Shown here one piece after another: positions 47,708 through 57,536 of a stretch of 64,000 bases of DNA. Origin of the DNA: Cyanophora paradoxa CCMP329. Lineage: Eukaryota > Plantae > Glaucophyta. The notes beneath the pieces were generated by a model that saw nothing but the letters and a program-made list of their open reading frames with translations, made no database searches and was not told the DNA's origin. The position numbers and the translations under genes are program-made. The stretch's first letter is position 1; each line of letters begins with the position of its first letter. Location of the stretch: positions 248,001-312,000 of the forward strand of contig QPMI01000477.1 in the NCBI GenBank assembly GCA_004431415.1. The letters run 5' to 3'.

Positions 47708-48628
47708 ACTCCAACTGAAAAGAATTATCGATTCCATTCATATCAATCAGTTCACCAAAGTAATCTTTAAATTCAACTGTGAGTTCCCTTATCACCAGGT
47801 TTCTGTCATTTATTTGAATAAATTCGGCATGCTCACCACTATGGTAAACATAGCCACCTATATCTTTACTCAATTGCAATCTAAGGATTGCCCCCTGGTT
47901 ATGTGGTTGCGATTTCGGAACTATATTGTGTCTGCTGGCAAAAGGGGCTAGCTCTTTAATATGCATGTACAGATACTGCTCAGCATTCATATCAGACATC
48001 TTCCTGCTGTCAAAATAATATTGCAAGGGCTTAGAGGAGAGTCTGGGTCCTGAGAAGGTGATTCCCCATGCTGGGTGATCAGGTGTAATAGGTTTGCCAT
48101 CATACTTTAAAAGGTTCTCAGGTCGATAGGGAGATCCACCAACAGGAGGAGTGCTATAATACCCAGTGGTGTATTCAGTAGAACTTACACCCAAAAGCTT
48201 TCCTATTCTCTGGTTGCTTGCAATAAAACGAAACTCATGGTTACTGTAAAACTCCACTTTATAGGTTGTTGGGTTGTAGAATATCTTGAACTCAAAAGCT
48301 ACTGTTTTGCCTGCAATAGTTTGGAAGCTTGAATAGTTCAGCCCATAATTATAAGGGTGTGTGACCCCAAAATGACCCTGATTGATGTAGCCACTGGGAA
48401 GGGATACACTTGTTGTGTGATCACTTGGTTATATGAACCATCTTGGTAATTAAACTGAACTGTTAGATGATCAGTTCCCACACTGTTATAGATACTGTTT
48501 GGAATCTCTGCATAGAGAACCCTACATTCCCTTGGTCTCTCTACTGGAGTTGTGAGGGTGACCCTGTAAGAGTTTTCATTTTGTCCTTGGCTTCTATCCC
48601 TGCTATCAATATTAACGAGCCGGTTCAT
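47697..48628 (-). CDS. Minor capsid protein 1 (frameshifted in this sequence)
   Basis: VNIDSRDRS..SYRVTL..AEIPNSIYN (48338-48628) and LTVEFKDYFGELIDMNGIDNSFQLEF (47697-48257). Confidence 0.78.
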
Positions 48629-48657
48629 TTTAATATATAAATATAGATAAAAGAAGA

Positions 48658-49666
48658 ATGCCTGTGGATTACATCGAGGTTAGCTCATTTAATACAATCT
48701 CTGGTGATGGTCCCACATCAAGCTTTGTGGCTAGACTCCCAGTAGTTATGAGAATGTGAGGGCTGTGAGACTGGTCTCAGCCGAATTTTATAACAGTATC
48801 CCTATGGTGAGTGGTGAAACCAAAGCAGGAGATGTGACAGTTGACAATGCATTTAGCATTTATTATTCTGAACAAACTCCTGGAGCTGGAAGCTCAGGAA
48901 TTCCAACAGTTCGCCCAGCTGCTGACTATGAACAATGGAAACAATTCATTATAAGTCGAAACACCCCATCCAAAGCCACCAGCAACTGGTGAATGTAATT
49001 AACTCTAAATTCGAAGGCAGAAATCCCCAACCATCCATTCGCTGCAAATGGGATGAATCACTGAAACGAATTATATTCCACTCAGCAGTACCATTTTACT
49101 TGGCTTTCTCAGTAGCTGTGAACCCAAGCCAACAAACAATCCAAAAGCTGTTGAGTTCAGCTAGACTGCTGGGTCTTGATCCTGGAAGATATGGTAACTC
49201 CCAAATCCAATCACAGGTCTATGATGCTCTCACTGATGGAATCTTTACTGGTGGTCGCGTGAATGGCATTATATCTTCTTTTGAGCCTGAGAAGACCAGG
49301 GACAGTGTTTTGTTTGTGAGAGTAAAGGAGCTGGGTGATCTGGTGCAATGTGGGGATGGTCTTCTGACTGGTTACTTTCACAAAATAGTGGTCCCTGATA
49401 AAGACTATGGTGAGCATGTTGTTTACAATTCAACAGAAGCTCACCCACTTTACAAATACTATAATAAAAAGGTTGGATTATCCACTTTCTCGGTTGATAT
49501 TGTAAATGCTATTAATGAACCAATTGATTTTGAGGGTCAACCTGTTCATCTTACCTTTGAAATTCGCTATGGTGATGAGCCAGCTGGGGACCCAGTTTAT
49601 GAATACTTCAAGATGCGAATGTCACAGCTTCACCCTTCCTATCCAGTTATTACAAACTTCGCATAA
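48658..49666 (+). CDS. Minor capsid protein 2 (frameshifted)
   Basis: ATG at 48658 (MPVDYIEVSS..SFVARLP), then VRAVRLVSAEFYNS and FSVDIVNAINEPIDFEGQPVHLTFEI. Confidence 0.68.
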
Positions 49667-49719
49667 ATTAAGGATCATTGGTAGATTTTTTATGTTGCAG
49701 TATAATAAAAGAGAATATA

Positions 49720-51090
49720 ATGGATATCACTTCCACTCTTCAAAGACTTTCGCTGAAAGAAGCCCTAACAACCCCAGAAGAGGCGAAAGCCTTTTTCCTG
49801 GATAACTCCCTTATGCTTGGTCTCGAATCCAAATCTAAGCCAGTTCTAGTTGTTGTGAATCCCAGCAATACTTTTGAGAATAATGTTGGAAATCGCATTT
49901 CCTTCAAGCTACCTCGCTACAATTTCTGTGGAAAACTCGAACTTGCTTTCGACCTTCCAGCCATCACGTTTGCTGGTGATACTGACCTAGTTCGCAATGG
50001 ATACACTCGCCCAGTTGGTGCTTTAGTTCAGCGACTTGAAATTACCTATGGATCTTACACCTACCATATTCCATCTGATTTCCTTGCTCATTTCCCCCTG
50101 GTCTATTATTCGGAGGATCAACTAGCTAAAAAGAAGCGATCAATGGGCATGGTTCATGGCATCCCTGCTCATGGAACCAACCGCCTTGGTGGCTCATTCT
50201 TTGTTGAAATCCCTGTGCCTTGGCTAAATCACTACCTTCCCCTTGGTGCTTTATCTGGTGAAATGGTTGTTACTGTTTGGTTTAAGGATGCTGGAAAGGG
50301 TTATGTTGAAACTTCCTATGGTGGTCGCTCTCTCCCTGTTGTTGGTGGGACAGTTGCTGATAAGACAGAAGATGATGGTCTTGGTGATACTGCTAATGCC
50401 ACACTTGCCCATGTTGGTCAAAATATCACAACTTTCAGTCTTGGTGCAACAACTCCTGTTATTTCTATTACTTCTCCTCGCCTTTACATGCATGCTATTA
50501 ATGTTTCTGATGAGCTTTTCGCTACTGTCATTGAAAAGGTTAAGACAACTGGCATGGCTATTCCCTCCCTTGATATTGGATTTGTAGATGCTAGTGCTTT
50601 CCCTGCCAAGGGCAATGCCCAACCCAATCGAATTAACCTCTCTCAAATCTCAGGTCTTGTATATGCTCTGCTTGTTTCAGTTCGTGATCATGAAACTGTT
50701 GACAAATCCAATGGCTCCCACAGTGTTCTTAAGACCTATGCCAACTCCAAAGACATCACATTCACAACTGAAATAAATGGTCAGCGACTTTTTGCCACTG
50801 AGCCAATTTCCCTACTCAAAGGTGCTGAGCTAATTGCTGATGCCTTCAAATGCTCTAACATGGATAAGGTTGCTGATCGCTATGTCCTCTCAGGACTCCC
50901 ATTCTGTCTTGATGGAGAAAAGGCAATTCGAAATATTGCCCAGTCTGGTTATGTTGATTTAACAAATTCCTCTTCTTCCTTCCTCACCCTCTACATGCCC
51001 TCAGATAAGGTAATCGATGTTAATGTTCGCGCTCTCATGCATTCGTTTATAATTTTGGACAAGGATGGTTTAAGGCGTATAAATTTGTAG
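49720..51090 (+). CDS. Major capsid protein (putative double jelly-roll)
   Basis: GNRISFKLPR..LELAFDLP..LEITYG..YLPLGAL..VNVRALMHSFI. Homologous to the PLV-1 MCP; lies between the minor capsid and ATPase genes. Confidence 0.82.
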   Translation: MDITSTLQRLSLKEALTTPEEAKAFFLDNSLMLGLESKSKPVLVVVNPSNTFENNVGNRISFKLPRYNFCGKLELAFDLPAITFAGDTDLVRNGYTRPVGALVQRLEITYGSYTYHIPSDFLAHFPLVYYSEDQLAKKKRSMGMVHGIPAHGTNRLGGSFFVEIPVPWLNHYLPLGALSGEMVVTVWFKDAGKGYVETSYGGRSLPVVGGTVADKTEDDGLGDTANATLAHVGQNITTFSLGATTPVISITSPRLYMHAINVSDELFATVIEKVKTTGMAIPSLDIGFVDASAFPAKGNAQPNRINLSQISGLVYALLVSVRDHETVDKSNGSHSVLKTYANSKDITFTTEINGQRLFATEPISLLKGAELIADAFKCSNMDKVADRYVLSGLPFCLDGEKAIRNIAQSGYVDLTNSSSSFLTLYMPSDKVIDVNVRALMHSFIILDKDGLRRINL

Positions 51091-51155
51091 ATTGTTACGA
51101 TATTCAGTCACCATGCATTATTTTTATCTGTATTTATTTAGAAAGATATACAACA

Positions 51156-51886
51156 ATGAATGATTTGGATGAATTTGTGGCTGGTGAAATGATAGAACCA
51201 CCATTTCGAGTCCTAGCAATTGGGAAATCAGCAACTGGTAAATCAGAAGCTGTAAAATATTGGTTGAAGCAGTTGCATGATGCCAAAAAGATTGATGTTG
51301 TATTAGTTGTGAGTGGAACCAGCTTCAATCATTTCTGGATAAAGTTGCAACATTGCAACTGGGAAAATGGGATGCCCCTTACATTGCTAAATTGCTAGAT
51401 GAAAGGCAAGAGAAAATAGAAAAAGGTGAACCTGTTAACCAGTTATGTGTGGTTCTAGATGATTTAATCGATAATGAGATTGTAGACCTAACTCGTGATA
51501 AAATTATTGGCTCTCTGTATTCCAGAGGTCGCCATTCGAAAATATCCATTATCTGCATCACACAAAAGCTAAGGAAAGTCTCTTCGACTATTCGAGTTAA
51601 TTCGGACTATGCTATGTTTTTAAGTGCTGCAAATCGCAAAGAACTGGAAGCCATAGAGGAAGAATACAATATAATGCGAAATAAAGAGGATTTTTACAAG
51701 ATGTTTGAAGAGTATGTTCACTCCTATCAGTATATTATTTGGTCCTCTGCAAACTACTCAGTTAAATACTATGTAGATAAAGCTGAGCTTGTGAAAGATT
51801 TCCCATTTCCTCGCTTCCACAGAAAGCCAAAAAAGAAAGAAGATGAACTGAAACCTCCAGAGAAAGAGGAAGCCCTAAAGAAGTGA
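51156..51886 (+). CDS. A32/FtsK-family genome-packaging ATPase (one frameshift)
   Basis: Walker A GKSATGKS, Walker B VVLDD, RGRHSKISIICITQ and IRVN. Confidence 0.9.
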
Positions 51887-51964
51887 AAAGCCAAGTCCAT
51901 AGCAATAAATTGATGCGATATAAACGCGGTTTATAAAATTATCTCTCATTCTAATAAAGATACA

Positions 51965-52699
51965 ATGCCTCCCAAACGAAAGATAGGGATCCCAGCTGGG
52001 GCTGTTGGCTATTCAGGTGGTGGAAACAATGGATCCATTAATACTGAACCAATGAAATTCAATGGTATGAATGAGGTGAAGCCCTCACAGCAAGAAGAAG
52101 ACCCTCTTAATGCTGCCTATGAGGAATCAGTCGATGACAAAGCCCCACAGGCTTCAACCAGTGACCAACTCAACATCTCACCAGAAGCTTCGAAAATGAA
52201 GGCTGTTGCTGAGGGAGCCAGGCGAATTATTGGTGCTGCTGATGATAAAGGTTTAGGCTTGCAAGATCTTTCACTGGCTCGCAAAGGTGAAGGTCTTAGT
52301 AAGGAATCAGACAAAGTAATTCAGTCTATGGCTGGTGAAGTCACATATAAGACTGCTCCCACTCAAAATATTCATCGAATTCCCAAAGCTCAATGGGATG
52401 AGATGACTGCTAAACTCAAAGATCTGGAAGCCAAATCCAGTGCCTTGGAGCAGTATGTGACTGAGAAGAAAGAGAGAGCCAAGCTAAAGGAGATGCTTCG
52501 AAAGGAAGTCTATAAAATGGGTATTACTGGTGTCCCAGATAAACAGTTTATTGCTAAGAAAGAGAACCAAATCGATGAACAGGCAGTAGATGAAATGAAA
52601 ACAAAGACCCAGAAGGGAACCATTGAACCTGGTGCCACCAAAGCTGAAGTAGAAAAGGGAGTAGCCCCAACAGTATATAAAAGACGAGTTTGGCTTTAA
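51965..52699 (+). CDS. Hypothetical charged protein
   Basis: 244-aa ORF in the structural module; basic N-terminus MPPKRK. Confidence 0.65.
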   Translation: MPPKRKIGIPAGAVGYSGGGNNGSINTEPMKFNGMNEVKPSQQEEDPLNAAYEESVDDKAPQASTSDQLNISPEASKMKAVAEGARRIIGAADDKGLGLQDLSLARKGEGLSKESDKVIQSMAGEVTYKTAPTQNIHRIPKAQWDEMTAKLKDLEAKSSALEQYVTEKKERAKLKEMLRKEVYKMGITGVPDKQFIAKKENQIDEQAVDEMKTKTQKGTIEPGATKAEVEKGVAPTVYKRRVWL

Positions 52700-52721
52700 T
52701 TTTCTCTGTTTTATTAGAGAT

Positions 52722-53003
52722 ATGGACATAATACGAAAGTTCTTCGAGATGTTCAGTCTGCATGTGGTGAGCAATTGCCACAGTGGATGTTGTGAGACAA
52801 CAGTGGAGTTTGAGATGTCAGATAATGAGGATAATGCCTCAGAAGCAAGAGAGAGAAGGAGGTCTACAGTTTCTGTGGAGTCAATGCCAGCAGACCCCAC
52901 AGAGTATACATATGAGCAACAGGAGCAACAGGAGTATCCAAGGAGAAGTTCTCTGTCAGCAGAAAACGTTTTCTCTGGGAATATAAATGGAGGACACTAT
53001 TAG
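52722..53003 (+). CDS. Hypothetical protein
   Basis: 93-aa ORF packed with its neighbours. Confidence 0.45.
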   Translation: MDIIRKFFEMFSLHVVSNCHSGCCETTVEFEMSDNEDNASEARERRRSTVSVESMPADPTEYTYEQQEQQEYPRRSSLSAENVFSGNINGGHY

Positions 53004-53232
53004 TTTAATCGAGTTTACCAGTGATGAACCTGTTACTGAGGGTTCTATAAGACACATTCTAGCAATGCAGAAACGATATAGAGAGGACCCAGCATATAGA
53101 GAGTATAAAAAGCAGCAAGCCCTGGCATCCTATTATCGCAGAAAAGCCCAAAAAGAGGAGCAGAGACCCAGAGGGAGACCGATTAAATATTATTTGCCTA
53201 CTGATAGTAGCAATGGACCCCCAGGTCTATAA
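52987..53232 (+). CDS. Small basic protein with AT-hook-like RPRGRP
   Basis: YREYKKQQALASYYRRK..RPRGRPIKY. Confidence 0.5.
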   Translation: MEDTISLIEFTSDEPVTEGSIRHILAMQKRYREDPAYREYKKQQALASYYRRKAQKEEQRPRGRPIKYYLPTDSSNGPPGL

Positions 53233-53806
53233 GATAATTGAGCAAAAGCGGTCTCAGTATGCCACTGAGGCAGCTATAAAAATATATACAAAGGAATTGG
53301 CTTTATACTTGCAATCAATTGCAAGTCACAGATAACTTTTGTAAATATGCTTTTGTTGTTTTTTGTTTGCATTCTCAGACACTGAAACAGTTATGTGAAT
53401 GTTTACTGATCTATTTCTCTTTGGTTTTGCTGCATACATATTGTAACCTATCAATCTCTGTGACATTTCGATATATGCCCCTATATCTCCATGCTTTATG
53501 CATTTATCTAACTCATTCATGGTCATCTCATCAAGAGTTTTGCCATTTTGTCTCCACTATACACAATCAAGTAAGCTTTAAGTATTCTTGTCAAATTTTG
53601 GTCTTTTTCGATAGGTGTCACAGGTGTTCACAGGTTTTTATCGTCCCCTGGTCATTTTTCGTTTTATAGCCCCTAGATGGGATGGACCTGTGACACCTGT
53701 GAACAACACCATTTCCAGTAAGGCTATAAAAATTACATATACATTTCAATCATAAATCGTTTTGTTTAATATTCAACATCCTCTCCATTGTCTTCTTGAA
53801 CCCTTG

Positions 53807-56090
53807 TTATCTTTCGAAGTCCAATGTAGCCCTTGCTCTGGTTCCCTGAATTCGTTTAACCTCTGATTTCACATTGAAGATTTCCCTTACTCTCTTCATC
53901 ACAGAAACACATTCAACTTTATCATCGACACTTCTGTATGATTTGTAAATGGTATCACTCGAAACAAAGTCGTTTGCATTATGGGTAACTTCGAAATTAT
54001 CCCTAAGCCATTCACCAATCTTGTCATTTTCAGCTATAAAGTTTATTCCCTGCTCAATAATCGATTGAGGGGGATTTCTTAAGATCTCTTCAACTTCTTT
54101 GTTCTTCCACATATCCAGTAATATCTTCATGTGAGCCATTTTATACTCATCATCATTGTGAAGAAGTGTGAACAGAGTTGGGTCAGCTTTCTTTTGACCA
54201 GCTTCTGGCTTCTCTCTGAAAATATTGTTAAATCTCTGGTATGAAAGCCTTCTTTGAATTGCAAAGTCTGGTTTGTTTATAGTCAAATTGTCATTGGTTG
54301 TAATGTAGACTTGAAACATTGGAGTAAGGATAACTGGATCTTTGAACAAGGCTCTCACAGTCATTTCATTTCCACCTGTGACCTCCTTAATTTTGGAGAT
54401 TTGCAGTTTATCACCATCTTCAGCCTCATTACTGAATACAAGTCGCTTTCCCAGGAGTTTGGCAAGTTCAGGGTAGCATCTGATGAGTTCTTCTTAGGTT
54501 TGGTCCAATAGGATATTTCGAGAGGGCTGTAATAAGCCCCAGATATCTGTTTGCAGTATTCCTGAACAAGTGATTTACCATTAGCACCAGCACCAGTCCA
54601 CATGTAGAACTTCTGTGATTTTGTTGATCCACTCAAAGCAATGGCAATAGATGCCAGAAGATAGTTTCGCTCTGCTGGATCATCTACAATCTCTCTATAA
54701 ATCTGGTTGAGATGCTCCACTTTCTTGGGTCCACATTGTCAGTATAATCATAACCCACACTCTTGCTCACCATATCTTCCAGTTTACCCTTTCTGAAAGT
54801 CATAGTTGTCAGATCAAACACACCATTATCGAATCCAATAACATATGGAACTGTATCAATCTTCTCATAGAACTCATCATCATTGAGCAGAGGGAGCAAA
54901 TCAGTCAGAAGGGATTTGCGATATCCTGATTGTTTAAGATTTTTGGCAATAGAAATTAATGTTTTCGATTTCTCTTCGAAAGCTGTTCTATTCTCTTCAT
55001 CCTTCAAAGCTCTTTGGCTATAATGCACAGCCCTGCCAAGGTATTGAGGGACAACAAGGCAACTAATATCTAGGTAAATCTTTTGGTTTGTGTCATCATG
55101 CTCCCAAATCCCAGTATCAGTATTGAGTTTGAACCATGACTTTTTGGAGTATCTCCAAGTGTGTTGTAGGACCTCTTTGCACACAAGACTGACATCATAA
55201 TGAGCGCCTCCAGAGCCAGCGGATTTATCAATGAGATTGAAGATATCAGATTGCATTCCAATGAAGATAAATCGTTTTTTGCAATTGCCACTGTAGCTGG
55301 ACACAATATACTTTTTATCTTCTCCTTTGGCTTTCATAACATACCAGTTATTCGATTCATGGGAACCATTGCAGCATGGGCAATTGAGTCCCTTATTAGC
55401 AGCATCAAAGCTAAAGCCAAGTTCAGTTTTAGAGATTATATTGGGATGCATAAAGCCCATATCCACCAGCTCTTTAAGAATACTCTTTTCCAGTTCATCA
55501 TTTGAGCTAGCACTAGCAGTATACTCACTCTTATAGATATAGTTCTCTGCAATCCACTTTTTAAACTCATCAGTAGGCTCATTGAAATCACAGGTATCAT
55601 CCCATGGAGCAATTACCCAGGTCTTGTTGACACTGGGACAAACATTAATTAATCCAGAAGTTCCAGTTCCAGTGATTGTTTTCAGGTCAACCTTTTCAAA
55701 GCCTTTAAAGCCTGGAGCCTTATCGGTAATTTTGAGTTTAGTGAACTCCTCAGGTCGTTTGAAGTAGACATGATAGCCTTTTTTAGTTTTTGCCATGGGC
55801 TGATTGGCATCAAAGTCATCAGGAAACATATCTCGGAATTTCTCAAAGTCCTCCTCATCATCAAAGTCAATAACCATCATGTTGTCTGAGAGCAGAATGC
55901 CCCAAGATACATACTGATTAGTTGCCAGCGCTTCCTCATACTTTTCCCAGGACCAAGCACCTCCCTTATGCTTGAAAACAGGGTCTTTGCTGTCAGGTTT
56001 CACTGGGATAATCATGTTTTTGGCTAGATCCTCATCAGATCTGAGCCAGTTAGCGAGCGATTTGAGCGATTTAGTCTGTTTGGCGTTCAT
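53807..56090 (-). CDS. Prim-Pol (AEP) primase fused to D5-like superfamily 3 helicase (three frameshifted pieces)
   Basis: VIDFDD and KTKKGYHVYF (AEP); CPCC..H Zn finger; IGFDNGVFDL (D5_N); GAGANGKS (Walker A); ITTND and AIQRRL. Confidence 0.9.
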
Positions 56091-56104
56091 TTTCAGCGAT
56101 CGGG

Positions 56105-56150
56105 GTCCCTTTTATATATATAGAAGATTTTTCTTTAAGTAGTTTTGGGT
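56105..56150 (-). promoter_or_regulatory. Shared upstream motif AAAA-n3-4-TTAAAG...TCTATATATA (putative viral promoter)
   Basis: Near-identical copies upstream of 56090, 56555 and 57426; related copies upstream of PLV-1 genes at 23249 and 23774. Confidence 0.6.
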
Positions 56151-56300
56151 CCCCAATCATTTTTTGTTGGAAATCGAGAAAGTATCCCTACGAAATTTAT
56201 CCACATGATATATCGAGTGGTTCAGATACAAAAACGATAAAGTAGTATTTCAGCGAATAAACAGCATATCCCAGCCTAGTAATATGCTGGGAAAAATAAT

Positions 56301-56555
56301 TTAGACATGTTTCGATTTTCTCCCTCGATTTGAGTAAGGGACATCATACAAATACTTGACAAAGCAGACTGCATTGGCTGCATACTTTCGCTGACATGAA
56401 CTGGCTATTTTCATGGCTCTATAAGTATCATCATTGTTATATAGATCTCTTAGCTGTGTGGCTATTTTTTCGTTAAACTTTTTGATTTGAGCCTTACCTT
56501 TTTCAGTTTGCTGATATCTCTTCATAGCTCTCTTCTGGGCTTCACTGAGTGGCAT
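56301..56555 (-). CDS. Conserved 84-aa basic PLV protein
   Basis: Full-length homolog of 23520-23774. Confidence 0.8.
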   Translation of the reverse strand: MPLSEAQKRAMKRYQQTEKGKAQIKKFNEKIATQLRDLYNNDDTYRAMKIASSCQRKYAANAVCFVKYLYDVPYSNRGRKSKHV

Positions 56556-56611
56556 TTTTCCTCTGTCTCTCTTAATATATATAGAGAATTCTTTAAATCA
56601 TTTTTTGTTCT

Positions 56612-57426
56612 CTAACCTCTTTGTCCAAATCGCTCAATATACATTAGTTTGAAATGCTTACCTAGCAATGCTACAAATGGTTCGATTTCCAAGGTCTCCC
56701 ATGTTTTCTTGTCCTTATTCCATCTGCAATCTAGTCCTTTTGCAATATCCTTTTTGAGATATGGCACCTGAAACCCAGCAACCAATGTATTTGTTGTACT
56801 GAGTTCTGCATACATTTCAATCAATGCAGATCTGCCCTCTCTGAACCTCTCTATATCATCTCTGCGAAGATTATCCATTTTCGGAATAAATTGGTTGCAC
56901 CAAATCAGGAAAAGATTAACTGCATGTTTATTCCTTGCTCTTTCTTGTTCTAATTCTCTCTGTCTTCGCTCTCTTTCTTCTAATTCAAGCTGCCTCTTTC
57001 GAGCTTCCTCTTGTTTTTCAAGTTCTCTTTTTTTTCCAGTTCTTCTTGCTTTAAAGCGATTCTGCACTTATTACAGAAATTATCCTTTCGGTTTTTATGC
57101 CGATCTCCACATCTTTCACATATATCTTGACCTCTGGCACCCTTTGGAATAAATCGTAAAATGCAGCAATTCCCAACAATGACCACAATCTTTTTATTAA
57201 CATGCAGAATATAGCATTGCTCTTTAATTGGATGATCACAGGCGCAATGCTCAGACTCTGGAGGCAGGTCATAGTCACTTAATCCATATTTTGCAAGCTT
57301 TGCCCAAAGAGGGAGCGGTTTCCTGTTACTTCCAAGAGCAACATAATCATTGAAGTTATCAGATCCACAAAGCAACATTAAAGCCGCTTTGAGCTTTTCC
57401 AGGCAATACGATTTCTTCTCTGCCAT
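56612..57426 (-). CDS. Zn-binding, coiled-coil and DUF5710-like protein (frameshifted)
   Basis: CACDHPIKEQC..GNCCI and CERC..CNKC; C-terminal VPYLKKDIAKGLDCRWNKDKKTW. Confidence 0.65.
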
Positions 57427-57536
57427 TGTCCTTTTATATATATAGAAGATATTTCTTTAAGTAGTTTTCATCAAATTTTGTGTTCGGAATATCCCCATTT
57501 AAAACCTCTCCTTTTATTAGGAACAAGTTAGGAACA

